Source: Actinomycetota bacterium (GTDB taxonomy: Bacteria > Actinomycetota > Actinomycetes > Actinomycetales > Microbacteriaceae). Taken from it: DNA of 53,070 bases. Positions 38,265 to 48,517 of this stretch are shown one piece after another (within the stretch, counting starts at the first letter, position 1; every line of letters begins with the position of its first letter). The notes below the pieces were generated by a model that was given only the letters and a program-made list of their open reading frames with translations, did not search any database and had not been told where the DNA came from. The position numbers and the translations under genes were made by a program. Where the stretch lies: positions 1 to 53,070 of the forward strand of contig JBEGRY010000001.1 of the NCBI GenBank assembly GCA_041180265.1, in the 5' to 3' direction.

Positions 38265-39626
38265 TTAGCGTTTAGCCAACTCTTCGGCCACTAGGAACGC
38301 CAACTCCAACGACTGCATGTGGTTCAGTCGTGGATCACAAAGTGACTCATAGCGCTCCTCAAGACTTGCCTCATCGATCTGTTCAGAACCACCAAGACAC
38401 TCGGCCACGTCGTCACCGGTTAGTTCAACGTGCACACCACCGGCATGTGTTCCTGCGGCGCGGTGCACTTCAAAGAATCCGGCAACCTCATCCATCACAT
38501 CATCGAAGCGGCGTGATTTGTATCCGTTCTTGGTGGTGATTCCGTTACCGTGCATCGGGTCAGTGATCCAAAGTGGGTTCGCATCTGAATCACGAACTGC
38601 TTCGACCAGCTTCGGCAGCTCGGCGCGAATCTTTCCGGCACCCATGCGAGTGATGAAGGTAAGGCGACCAGGCTCGCGGTCTGGGTCAAGGCGTTCGATT
38701 AGCTCAACAACGTCCTCTACCTGAGTAGTTGGGCCCAGCTTCACACCAATCGGGTTGCGAACGCGTGAAAGGTAATCAACGTGTGCGTGGTCCATCTGGC
38801 GAGTACGCTCACCGATCCAAATGAAGTGCCCAGAGGTGATGTAAGGGTTTCCGGTTCGAGAATCGATTCGAGTCATTGGGCGCTCGTAATCCATCAACAG
38901 ACCTTCGTGGCTGGTGTAGAACTCGGTGGTACGCAATTCGTTGAAGTCTGCGCCGCATGCTGCCATGAACTTAATTGCGCGATCGATTTCTTGCGCAAGA
39001 GAAAGGTAACGCTCATTAGCCGGGTTATTTGCAAAGCCTCGGTTCCACTCGTGCACCGAACGAAGGTCGGCAAAACCACCCTGAGTGAAAGCACGGATCA
39101 AATTCAAAGTCGATGCCGATGTGTGGTACGCCTTAAGCATGCGCTGCGGGTCTGGTACTCGCGCCTCGGCAGTGAAGTCGTAACCGTTAACTATGTCGCC
39201 GCGGAAAGCTGGCAAAGTTACATCGCCACGAGTTTCTGAATCACTTGAGCGTGGCTTGGCAAACTGACCGGCCATGCGGCCCATCTTGATAACCGGCATT
39301 GACGCACCGTATGTAAGTACGACTGCCATTTGCAAAAGTGTTTTTACGCGGTTGCGAATACGATCGGCGGTTGCGTCGGCAAAAGTCTCGGCACAGTCTC
39401 CACCTTGTAACAAAAATGCTTTGCCCTCGGCAGCTGCAGCTAAACGCGAACGCAAGATGTCTACCTCACCGGCAAAAACCAGCGGAGGCAGAGCAGCAAG
39501 CTCGGCACGAACCTCAGCAACCGCTGTCGCATCTGGCCAGGTTGGTTGCTGTGCCGCAGGTAGCTTTAGATAGTTGTCTAGTCCGGAAAGCACGGCTGGA
39601 CTTGGGGCAACTACTGGATCATTCAT
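38265..39626 (-). CDS. aroG: class II DAHP synthase
   Basis: LQGGDCAE, GRMAGQFAKPRS, WIGERTR, DPMHGN and CDPRLN motifs. Confidence 0.96.
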   Translation of the reverse strand: MNDPVVAPSPAVLSGLDNYLKLPAAQQPTWPDATAVAEVRAELAALPPLVFAGEVDILRSRLAAAAEGKAFLLQGGDCAETFADATADRIRNRVKTLLQMAVVLTYGASMPVIKMGRMAGQFAKPRSSDSETRGDVTLPAFRGDIVNGYDFTAEARVPDPQRMLKAYHTSASTLNLIRAFTQGGFADLRSVHEWNRGFANNPANERYLSLAQEIDRAIKFMAACGADFNELRTTEFYTSHEGLLMDYERPMTRIDSRTGNPYITSGHFIWIGERTRQMDHAHVDYLSRVRNPIGVKLGPTTQVEDVVELIERLDPDREPGRLTFITRMGAGKIRAELPKLVEAVRDSDANPLWITDPMHGNGITTKNGYKSRRFDDVMDEVAGFFEVHRAAGTHAGGVHVELTGDDVAECLGGSEQIDEASLEERYESLCDPRLNHMQSLELAFLVAEELAKR

Positions 39627-39637
39627 TTTGATTCTTT

Positions 39638-40327
39638 CTACCTAGCGAGACGAGCTCGTTTTTCTTTTACCGACGACGCATAGGCATCGACGTACTCTTG
39701 GCCACTCAGTTTTCTGAGCTCATACATGATTTCGTCGGTCACCGCGCGAAGCACAATACGATCACCCTCCATGCCATCAAATCTTGAAAAATCTAGCGGT
39801 GTGCCCACAACAATTCCGATTCGGCGAATTCGTGGCAGGCGTTTACCAATCGGTTGCACTTTTTCGGTGTCGATCATGGCAACTGGTACAACCGGAACCT
39901 TGGCCTCAAGCACCATGCGTGCAATTCCGGTTCGGCCTCGGTATAGACGACCATCCGGGCTGCGAGTTCCCTCTGGGTAAATGCCCAGCACCTGCCCCTG
40001 GGCCAGAACACTTAGGCCGGTGTTCAAAGATGCCTCTGATGCTTTACCACCGGAACGATCGATTGGTAGCTGGCCGGTTGACTTGAAGAACCATCGAGTG
40101 AGTGCACCCTTGATTCCCTTACCGGTGAAATATTCGCTTTTCGCAAGGAAAACCACCGGGCGACGCGACTGGAGTGGCAGAAAAATGGAGTCTGAGAAAG
40201 ATAAGTGGTTACTGGCCAAAATTACCGGGCCAGTCGCTGGAATGTTTTCCAATCCGCGAACCCAAGGTCGAAATAACACTCGAAGCAGCGGGCCAAGCAC
40301 GAACGTCTTGAGAATGAAGTAAGCCAC
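39638..40327 (-). CDS. plsC: 1-acyl-sn-glycerol-3-phosphate acyltransferase
   Basis: NHLSFSD and YPEGTRS motifs. Confidence 0.92.
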   Translation of the reverse strand: MAYFILKTFVLGPLLRVLFRPWVRGLENIPATGPVILASNHLSFSDSIFLPLQSRRPVVFLAKSEYFTGKGIKGALTRWFFKSTGQLPIDRSGGKASEASLNTGLSVLAQGQVLGIYPEGTRSPDGRLYRGRTGIARMVLEAKVPVVPVAMIDTEKVQPIGKRLPRIRRIGIVVGTPLDFSRFDGMEGDRIVLRAVTDEIMYELRKLSGQEYVDAYASSVKEKRARLAR

Positions 40328-40362
40328 GGATGAACCCCTCTACCCTCTCAAGCAATGAGGTT

Positions 40363-41319
40363 CTAGTTTACCTTTGGGCCTAGCGATACGCGAGCGAGAT
40401 CGGCGGCGCCAACTACCCCGGCATCATTGACGAATTCAGCAATTGCCAGCCTCAATTCAGGCCTAAACCCGCCGGCGGGGGCATATTGGCGATACGCGTC
40501 ACGAATAGGCTCGAGCAGCATTTCGCCCGCGGCCGAGACCCCACCGCCGATAACGACCACTTCAGGATCAAGAACAGCGCTGAGCGAGGCAATTGCCTGC
40601 CCCAACCAAGAGGCCAGTTGATTAAGCAGTGCAACTGCACCCGGATCTTTTTCAACCAAGGCCTGGTACACCTCTTTACCGGTTAGTTCCCCGACCTGTT
40701 TTTGAAGTTCTGCCAAACGGGCGCCTTCTGGTTTGCCCGATTCGGCCAGCTCACGAGCTTCTCGAAGCAATGCGGTGCCTGATGCGTAGGACTCGATGCA
40801 ACCATTCTGACCACAGCCACACGGAATGCCATCGGGCACAACTCGAAGGTGACCGAGTTCGCCAGCAACACCAAAACCACCGCGCAGCATTCTGCCATCG
40901 ACGATTACTGCCCCACCGACACCGGTACCAAGCGTCAGCATGACCATGTGTTTAAAACCACGACCGGCGCCGTATCGGTATTCGGCCCAGCCGGCCGCAT
41001 TCGCATCGTTCTCGATAATTACCGGAATTTCGAGCTTGGCTTCGATTTCAGATTTAAGTGGAAAATTTTTCCAACCAAAGTTCGTGCCGTAGATGACCGA
41101 TGATTGTGCAGCATCGATAAACCCGGCCATTGCTACACCGGCACCGATTACCTCATGGCCAGCGCGAAGTTCATTAATAAGAGCAACCACTGCAGCAACA
41201 AGGGCAGCCGGATCTTGGACCGGCGTTGGCACACGGGACTCGCGGACAATCACACCTTCAGAATTGACCAAGGCACCGGCGATTTTGGTGCCGCCAATGT
41301 CGATGCCGATTGTGTCCAT
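40363..41319 (-). CDS. glk: ROK family glucokinase
   Basis: DIGGTK, ENDANAA, GTGVGG, GELGH and CGCG..GC.E motifs. Confidence 0.92.
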   Translation of the reverse strand: MDTIGIDIGGTKIAGALVNSEGVIVRESRVPTPVQDPAALVAAVVALINELRAGHEVIGAGVAMAGFIDAAQSSVIYGTNFGWKNFPLKSEIEAKLEIPVIIENDANAAGWAEYRYGAGRGFKHMVMLTLGTGVGGAVIVDGRMLRGGFGVAGELGHLRVVPDGIPCGCGQNGCIESYASGTALLREARELAESGKPEGARLAELQKQVGELTGKEVYQALVEKDPGAVALLNQLASWLGQAIASLSAVLDPEVVVIGGGVSAAGEMLLEPIRDAYRQYAPAGGFRPELRLAIAEFVNDAGVVGAADLARVSLGPKVN

Positions 41320-41420
41320 CTGTTTATCCTTGTTAGAAATCTATGGCCGAGATTACCCCCGGGCTTCCTAAAGTTTAGTCCCCGACCATTAGAGTTATCG
41401 CAAGACTCTAAGGAGACGCA

Positions 41421-43247
41421 TTGAAGACTTATGACGCACCAGCCCTAGTGGTTTCGGACCCTTCCGACAATATCACTGACCTGCTAGCCAATCGCGTTAA
41501 AGAAACCCCAGACCTAAATCTTTTTGCCATCGAAACCAGCCCCGGCATCTGGCACGACATCACCGCTAAACAATTTGAACAACAGGTAATTGATTTGGCC
41601 AAGGGCCTGATTGCATCTGGCATTCAACCTGGTCAAGCTGTTGGCATCATGAGTCGCACCCGCTATGAGTGGGCGCTGATCGATTTTGCAATTTGGTACG
41701 CAGGTGCGGTTTCGGTTCCGATTTATGAAACCTCTGCCCCTTCACAAATTGAGTGGATACTGTCTGATGCTGACTGCGTTGCACTGTTTGTTGAGAACAA
41801 TGAACATGTCGATCGTTTCAACGAAATCAAGTCAAGCGCGCCACTTTGTCGACAGCTATGGACGATTGAAAATGGTGCCATCGAAGATTTGATGAAGGCT
41901 GGTCGTGAAATCACCGACGACATGGTTCAAACACGTCGTAAAAGCGCAAAACTGTTTGATTTGGCCACCATCATTTACACTTCGGGAACCACGGGAAAAC
42001 CAAAGGGTTGTGAACTACTACACCGTGGGTTCGTAGAACTTAGCAAGAATGCAACGCTAGAAATTTCTGAAGTGGTAAACCCAAAGCACAGCACCTTGTT
42101 GTTCCTACCTCTGGCTCACGTATTTGCCCGATTTATTTCGGTGCTTTGCGTGCACGGTGGCGTGAAGGTCGGTCACCAGCCGGACACCAAGAATGTTGGC
42201 CCAGCGATGGAAAGCTTCAAACCACAGTTCTTGCTTGCAGTTCCGCGCGTATTCGAAAAGGTTTACAACTCGGCAGAGCAAAAAGCAGAAGCCGGTGGCA
42301 AAGGCAAGATTTTTAGAAAAGCCGCCTACACCGCTATTGCATATTCAAAGGCGCTCGACACCAAAGCTGGCCCGTCTCTAGGACTTAAGCTTCAGCACGC
42401 GCTATTCGACAAATTGGTTTATAAAAAACTTCGCGCTGCAATGGGCGGACGCGTTAAGTACGCGGTATCTGGCGGTGGCCCGCTTGGTGCACGACTAGGT
42501 CACTTCTATCGAGCAATCGGTTTGATTGTGCTTGAGGGTTACGGACTTACCGAAACCACCGCACCGGCCAGCATCGGTCGCCCAGACAACCTAAAGATTG
42601 GCAAGGTTGGCATAATGCTGCCTGGTACTGGTGTAAAGATTGCCGACGACGGCGAGATTCTGCTTCGCGGTAACAACATCTTGCGTGGCTACTGGCGTAA
42701 CCCGCAGGCCACTGCCGACGCCTTAGATGGCGAATGGTTTAAGACCGGCGATATCGGCGAGCTAGACGAAGATGGCTTCTTGAGCATCACCGGGCGCAAA
42801 AAAGAACTGATTGTTACCGCCGGTGGAAAGAACGTCGCCCCTGCTGTGCTTGAAGACCCTCTGCGCGCTAACCCGCTCGTTGGTCAGGCAATAGTAATTG
42901 GCGATCAAAAACCATTTGTCGCCGCACTTATTTCGCTAGACCCTGAGATGCTGCCAATTTGGTTGGGCAACAACGGACTTAGCAAAGACCTAACGCTGGC
43001 CCAAGCTGCTAAGGAACCTAAGGTACTGGCCGAGCTGCAGACCGCAGTTGATCGCGTAAACCGAAATTTCTCGAAGGCAGAATCGATTCGCAAGTTCACC
43101 GTGATTGGTCAAGAACTTAGCGAGGCATCGGGTCACCTCACCCCGTCACTTAAGGTTCGCCGCGAAGTTGTGTTGCGTGATTACGGGCCGGCAATCGAAG
43201 AGATTTACAACAGCGGCCCAATTACCGCCGAAAGTGGCACCGTTTAA
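41421..43247 (+). CDS. fadD: long-chain fatty acyl-CoA synthetase (FadD15-like)
   Basis: YTSGTTGKPKG, EGYGLTE, TGDIG, GRKKE and TP.LK motifs. AAGGAG SD precedes the TTG start. Confidence 0.92.
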   Translation: MKTYDAPALVVSDPSDNITDLLANRVKETPDLNLFAIETSPGIWHDITAKQFEQQVIDLAKGLIASGIQPGQAVGIMSRTRYEWALIDFAIWYAGAVSVPIYETSAPSQIEWILSDADCVALFVENNEHVDRFNEIKSSAPLCRQLWTIENGAIEDLMKAGREITDDMVQTRRKSAKLFDLATIIYTSGTTGKPKGCELLHRGFVELSKNATLEISEVVNPKHSTLLFLPLAHVFARFISVLCVHGGVKVGHQPDTKNVGPAMESFKPQFLLAVPRVFEKVYNSAEQKAEAGGKGKIFRKAAYTAIAYSKALDTKAGPSLGLKLQHALFDKLVYKKLRAAMGGRVKYAVSGGGPLGARLGHFYRAIGLIVLEGYGLTETTAPASIGRPDNLKIGKVGIMLPGTGVKIADDGEILLRGNNILRGYWRNPQATADALDGEWFKTGDIGELDEDGFLSITGRKKELIVTAGGKNVAPAVLEDPLRANPLVGQAIVIGDQKPFVAALISLDPEMLPIWLGNNGLSKDLTLAQAAKEPKVLAELQTAVDRVNRNFSKAESIRKFTVIGQELSEASGHLTPSLKVRREVVLRDYGPAIEEIYNSGPITAESGTV

Positions 43248-43741
43248 TTCATAAACCAGTCGCTGGCGCGAAGCGCCCGCATGGCAAGTTTGTGCTCGTC
43301 GGCCTCGAGCCGATCGAGGTACAGCAAACCATCTAGGTGATCGCACTCGTGCTGCAGCGCCTGTGCCATCAGTCCGCTACCCGACACCTCAATTGCATTA
43401 CCGTTTTCGTCTTGGCCGGTGACCCTCGCGAATTCCCAACGCGGTGTCTTGTGCCAAAGGCCGGGAACCGAAAGACAACCTTCATCTACCAAAATCTTTT
43501 CACCGGAAACCTCTGCCAGCAACGGATTAATTACGTAACCTATTTCACCGTGAATGTTGTAACTAAAGGCGCGAAGGTTAACGCCGATCTGCGGCGCCGC
43601 AACTCCGGCACGACCCGGCAACTTAGTTGTTTCGATTAAATCTTCGACCAGCGCCTTGGTATTTTCATCGAACGAGGTAATCGGTGCTGACACCGTCTTT
43701 AATACAGGATCTCCGAAGAGTCGAATTTCGCGAACTGCCAT
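43244..43741 (-). CDS. def: peptide deformylase
   Basis: G.AAPQIG, EGCLS and QHECDHLDG motifs. Confidence 0.97.
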   Translation of the reverse strand: MAVREIRLFGDPVLKTVSAPITSFDENTKALVEDLIETTKLPGRAGVAAPQIGVNLRAFSYNIHGEIGYVINPLLAEVSGEKILVDEGCLSVPGLWHKTPRWEFARVTGQDENGNAIEVSGSGLMAQALQHECDHLDGLLYLDRLEADEHKLAMRALRASDWFMN

Positions 43742-43751
43742 GGCAGCGCTC

Positions 43752-44963
43752 TTACAGTGGGTTGTTTAGACCGTCGACCACAAGTGCCGCAAGATCACGA
43801 GCAGCTTCACGGGTGCCGCGCTTCAAATCCTTGAACTTAATTACCGAACCCGCAGCAAGTGCTGGGTCATAAGGGATGCGAACCACGTGACGAACACGAG
43901 TCTTGAAGTGTTGTTCAATTTCGTCAAGCTTTACCAGCTGGGTTGCCTGGGTGGCTGTGTTCAATGCAACTACAGAATTACGAACGAGATCGCCATAGCC
44001 GTTTGCTTCGAGCCAGGTAAGAGTCTCAGATGCCAAACGCGCTTCATCAACCGAACCACCAGAAACAATTACCAAACCGGTAGCGCGCTGAAGCGTTGGG
44101 CGCATTACCGAGTGCACAATTCCTGTACCGCAGTCGGTCAAAACGATTGAGTAGTATCGGGCGGCCATGTCGGCAACCACGTTGTAGTCACCCTCGTCGA
44201 AGGCTTCTGAAAGCATTGGGTCTGAGTCAGAGGCAAGTACGTCTAGGCGTGTTGCGTCGCGCGAAACCATAGTTGAGAAATCGGTAAAGCCATCAATAGC
44301 TGCGGCACGGTTAACCACGTCGCGCACGGTGAAGCGGGTCGACTTGCTCACGCGCTCTGCCAATGTTCCGCGATCGGGGTTTGCATCGATTGCGATTACG
44401 CGGTCTTCGCGAGAAAGCGCGAGCGCCATGCCCAGCAAAGTTGTGACAGTGGTCTTTCCCACTCCACCCTTGCGGGTTAGCACTGGAACAAACTTGGCGC
44501 CACCCTCAAGCGATGCCGCGATTCGGGCATCAAGGGCCTTGCGCTCACGCACCTTTAGCGAATCACCAAGGTTTACGGTCTTTAGGGTCAAGAAATAAAT
44601 AAAACGACGGCTGCCAGATTCCGGTGCTGGACGGTTGCGGTTACTTACGTCAATTAGTCGATCGGCGGTAAGCATTGCTGCCGGTTCTGGGGTGTCGAAG
44701 TTTTCGCCACGAAGACTGTCACGACGAGAGTAATTTGTGCGGCGAAGTTGTGCCACCTCTTGGTCGGCAACTGCAACACTGGCGAAGCGTGGCTCCTCGG
44801 TCACAACCTGAATTGAGCTTGTACTTGGAGTTACGTCTACCGAACCTGCGTCTACCGCTACTTCGGCAAGTGAGTGCGCTTTGGTTTGCGAATCTTCACC
44901 AGCTGGACGAGGCGCAAGAAAATCACTGCTACCCTCTTCTGGCTTCTTACCCCAAATGGCCAC
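43752..44963 (-). CDS. MinD/ParA/FlhG-family ATPase with a disordered N-terminus (EspI/Rv0530-like)
   Basis: Deviant Walker A KGGVGKTT, DANPDRGTL, DCGTG and IPYDP.L motifs. Confidence 0.88.
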   Translation of the reverse strand: MAIWGKKPEEGSSDFLAPRPAGEDSQTKAHSLAEVAVDAGSVDVTPSTSSIQVVTEEPRFASVAVADQEVAQLRRTNYSRRDSLRGENFDTPEPAAMLTADRLIDVSNRNRPAPESGSRRFIYFLTLKTVNLGDSLKVRERKALDARIAASLEGGAKFVPVLTRKGGVGKTTVTTLLGMALALSREDRVIAIDANPDRGTLAERVSKSTRFTVRDVVNRAAAIDGFTDFSTMVSRDATRLDVLASDSDPMLSEAFDEGDYNVVADMAARYYSIVLTDCGTGIVHSVMRPTLQRATGLVIVSGGSVDEARLASETLTWLEANGYGDLVRNSVVALNTATQATQLVKLDEIEQHFKTRVRHVVRIPYDPALAAGSVIKFKDLKRGTREAARDLAALVVDGLNNPL

Positions 44964-45039
44964 AACTACTCCTAAAACTTGACGCGCAAAATCTGCGCAA
45001 TAACGAACTTAGTTTACCCGACCGGCCAAAGTGACCGAT

Positions 45040-48000
45040 TTATGCGGGTTCCACCACACAAATCAGGTCTCCGGCGTCAACTGGCTGGGTTTTCGACACT
45101 GCCAAGCGACGAACCACGCCATCGATGCTGGCTGTAATTGTGGCCTCCATCTTCATGGCTTCGATTGTTGCTACCGGTTGCCCGACTTCAACATGGGTGC
45201 CTTCAACAATTTGCATTGTGACCACTCCTGCAAACGGCGCAGCAACGTGACCAAGATTTGCGGTGTCGGCCTTTTCGGCCTGCACGGTGTTTACTGTGAT
45301 CTTTCGATCGCGCACCAAAATCGGACGAAGCTGGCCATTTAGTGTGGCCATCACGGTGCGGAACCCCTTGGCGTCTGGTGTGCCGATGGCCTCAAGACCA
45401 ACGTAAATATCAACACCTCGTGAAATTGGTACCACGTGTTCTTCGCCCGGTACCAAACCGTAAAGGTAATCAACAGTTTCGATTGAATCTAGGTTGCCGT
45501 AGGTCTCTTGAGACTTGATGAAGTCGGCGGTTGGACCCGGGAATAGCAATCGATTTAGAGTTGCACGTCGGAGAGCAGAGTCTGAACCCTGAAGTGCAGC
45601 GAGGTCATCACTTCCCACCGGAGTAATCCCGAACTTTAGATTTTTACCAGACAGCACCTTGGTGCGGAATGGTTCTGGCCAACCACCTGGTAGGTCACCA
45701 AGTTCGCCGGCCATGAAACCAACAACCGAATCAGGCACATCGTAGTTTTGTGGATTCGCGGCAAAGTCTGCCGGATCAGCGTTTACCGCAACCAGATGCA
45801 GGGCTAGGTCACCCACCACTTTTGATGATGGGGTCACCTTGGTTGGGCGACCAAGAATTTCGTTTGCCGCCGCGTACATGTCTTCAATTTTTTCAAATTG
45901 ATCACCAAGGCCAAGGGCAATGGCCTGTTGACGAAGATTTGACAACTGACCACCAGGAATTTCGTGCTTGTAAACACGACCGGTCGGGCCCGGTAAGCCA
46001 GATTCGAACGGTGCGTAAACCTTGCGCACTGCTTCCCAGTAAGGCTCAAGTTCCGCAACTGCCGACAGTGGAATTCCGCTGTCTTGATTGGTGTGGGCAA
46101 GCGCAGCGATCAAGGCAGAGGCAGAAGGCTGTGAGGTTGTTCCGGCCATTGGTGCACTTGCCACGTCAACCGCGTCTACGCCTGCGTTAATGGCAGCCAT
46201 CAGAGTCGCAAGTTGACCACCGGCGGTGTCGTGTGTGTGCAGGTGAACCGGAAGATCAAACTTGGCACGCAGCGCTGAAACTAGCTTTTCTGCGGCTGCT
46301 GGTCGAAGCAAACCGGCCATGTCCTTAATTGCAATAATGTGCGCACCAGCTGCAACGATTTGCTCGGCAAGATTCAGGTAGTAATCAAGCGTGTAAAGCT
46401 TTTCGGCTGGATCCAAAAGGTCTGCGGTGTAGCAAAGCGCAACTTCGGCTACTGCGGTTTTAGTCTTCAATACGGCATCGATCGCCGGCTTCATTTGTTC
46501 GACGTCATTTAGTGCATCGAAAATCCTGAAAATATCCACACCGGTTGCCGCAGCCTCGGCTACGAATGCCTCGGTAACCTCGGTTGGGTACGGGGTGTAG
46601 CCAACGGTATTGCGACCGCGAAGCAGCATTTGAATACACAGGTTTGGCATTGCGGCACGGAGTTTGGCCAGGCGCTGCCATGGGTCTTCACCTAGAAAAC
46701 GAAGTGCAACGTCGTAGGTTGCCCCGCCCCAGGCCTCTACCGACAGTAACTGCGGGGTAAGGCGCGAAACATATGGAGCAACCGCAACCAGGTCGCGGCC
46801 GCGAACACGAGTTGCCAATAGTGACTGGTGCGCATCACGGAAAGTGGTCTCCGTAATCGCTACGTGCTTTTGATCACGCAGCGCCTTGGCGAAACCTGCT
46901 GGACCCAACTGTTGCAAGCGTTGACGAGAACCATCCGGTGCCGGCTTGGTCAAATCAATCTTTGGCAGCTTTAGGCCAGGGTTCACGTGACCGGCACGCG
47001 CACCATTCGGTTGGTTTACGGTGACGTCGGCTAACCAAGAAAGAATCTTGGTACCACGGTCCTGCGAAGGCTTTGCGGTGAAAAGTTCTGGATGTTCATC
47101 GATAAACGAAGTGCTTAGGTCGCCGGTTTCGAAAATCGGATCAGCTAGCACTGCTTGCAAAAAAGCAATGTTGGTAGAGACACCGCGAATACGGAATTCG
47201 GCAAGCGCACGCTTTGCACGAGTGACGGCAGCCCTAAAGTCACGACCGGTTGAAATAAGTTTTACCAACATCGAGTCGAAGTGCGGGCTTACTTCTGCAC
47301 CGGTAGCGACTGTTCCGCCATCGAGGCGTATACCGGCACCACCCGGTGAACGATAAGTAGTGATCTTGCCAGTGTCTGGTCTGAAGTTTTGCGCTGGGTC
47401 CTCAGTGGTGATACGACACTGAACCGCAAAGCCGTGCATTTGAATTTTGTCTTGAGTAAGACCAAGTTCAACGAGTGATTCACCCGACGCTATGCGCATT
47501 TGTGACTGCACAAGATCTACATCCGTGATTTCTTCAGTGACGGTGTGCTCAACCTGAATGCGCGGGTTCATTTCAATGAATACGTGCTTGCCGGCATTGT
47601 CGCCGACCGTATCAATCAAGAACTCAACTGTTCCTGCGTTCTGGTAGCCAATCTGCTGTGCAAATGAAACGGCATCGCGGTAGAGAGTCTGTCGAAGCTC
47701 TTCATCGATTAGCGGTGCCGGTGCAATCTCGACAACCTTCTGGTTGCGTCGTTGAATCGAGCAGTCGCGCTCAAATAGATGCACCACGTTGCCGTGGGTA
47801 TCTGCCAAAATTTGAACTTCAATGTGACGCGGACGAACCACGGCTTGCTCGAGGAACACACGTGCGTCGCCGAATGCACTTTCGGCCTCGCGCGAAGCTT
47901 CGATTAGCGCTGCACGAAGGTCTTCTTTTTTAGCAACGCGGCGCATTCCTCGACCGCCACCGCCGGCCACGGCCTTTACGAAAATCGGAAAACCGATTGC

Positions 48001-48447
48001 ATCTGCCTGATCGATTAGTTCGTCGACGTTCGCCGATGATGGCGTTGACTTCAAAACTGGAACGCCGGCGCGAATCGCTGCCTCTTTGGCAACCACCTTA
48101 TTGCCGGCCATCTCAAGCACGTCGGATGATGGCCCGATAAAAGTAATGCCGTTCTTTTTTGCGGCTTCGGCAAGCTCTGGGTTTTCCGACAAGAAGCCAT
48201 AACCCGGATAAATAGCATCGGCACCGGATTCCAGTGCCACGCGAATGATTTCGGCTACGTCTAGGTACGCGCGTACCGGGTGGCCCAGGGTACCAATCTG
48301 GTATGCCTCGTCTGCCTGCAGGCGGTGAATTGAGTTTCGGTCTTCGTGTGGGTAAACCGCTACGGTTTTGGCGCCCAATTCATATGCCGCTCGGAACGCA
48401 CGGACCGCGATTTCGCCTCTATTGGCGACCAAAATCTTCTTGAACAC
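45040..48447 (-). CDS. pyc: pyruvate carboxylase
   Basis: ANRGEIA, RDCS.QRR, RDAHQS, HTHD and the biotin motif EAMKME. GAGGAG SD precedes GTG 48447. Confidence 0.97.
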   Translation of the reverse strand: MFKKILVANRGEIAVRAFRAAYELGAKTVAVYPHEDRNSIHRLQADEAYQIGTLGHPVRAYLDVAEIIRVALESGADAIYPGYGFLSENPELAEAAKKNGITFIGPSSDVLEMAGNKVVAKEAAIRAGVPVLKSTPSSANVDELIDQADAIGFPIFVKAVAGGGGRGMRRVAKKEDLRAALIEASREAESAFGDARVFLEQAVVRPRHIEVQILADTHGNVVHLFERDCSIQRRNQKVVEIAPAPLIDEELRQTLYRDAVSFAQQIGYQNAGTVEFLIDTVGDNAGKHVFIEMNPRIQVEHTVTEEITDVDLVQSQMRIASGESLVELGLTQDKIQMHGFAVQCRITTEDPAQNFRPDTGKITTYRSPGGAGIRLDGGTVATGAEVSPHFDSMLVKLISTGRDFRAAVTRAKRALAEFRIRGVSTNIAFLQAVLADPIFETGDLSTSFIDEHPELFTAKPSQDRGTKILSWLADVTVNQPNGARAGHVNPGLKLPKIDLTKPAPDGSRQRLQQLGPAGFAKALRDQKHVAITETTFRDAHQSLLATRVRGRDLVAVAPYVSRLTPQLLSVEAWGGATYDVALRFLGEDPWQRLAKLRAAMPNLCIQMLLRGRNTVGYTPYPTEVTEAFVAEAAATGVDIFRIFDALNDVEQMKPAIDAVLKTKTAVAEVALCYTADLLDPAEKLYTLDYYLNLAEQIVAAGAHIIAIKDMAGLLRPAAAEKLVSALRAKFDLPVHLHTHDTAGGQLATLMAAINAGVDAVDVASAPMAGTTSQPSASALIAALAHTNQDSGIPLSAVAELEPYWEAVRKVYAPFESGLPGPTGRVYKHEIPGGQLSNLRQQAIALGLGDQFEKIEDMYAAANEILGRPTKVTPSSKVVGDLALHLVAVNADPADFAANPQNYDVPDSVVGFMAGELGDLPGGWPEPFRTKVLSGKNLKFGITPVGSDDLAALQGSDSALRRATLNRLLFPGPTADFIKSQETYGNLDSIETVDYLYGLVPGEEHVVPISRGVDIYVGLEAIGTPDAKGFRTVMATLNGQLRPILVRDRKITVNTVQAEKADTANLGHVAAPFAGVVTMQIVEGTHVEVGQPVATIEAMKMEATITASIDGVVRRLAVSKTQPVDAGDLICVVEPA

Positions 48448-48517
48448 AGGCTCCTCAAGCGTCGTATAGGCGAACATCGATACATTATGTCTTCACATAT
48501 AAGGGTAGCCTATTTCT

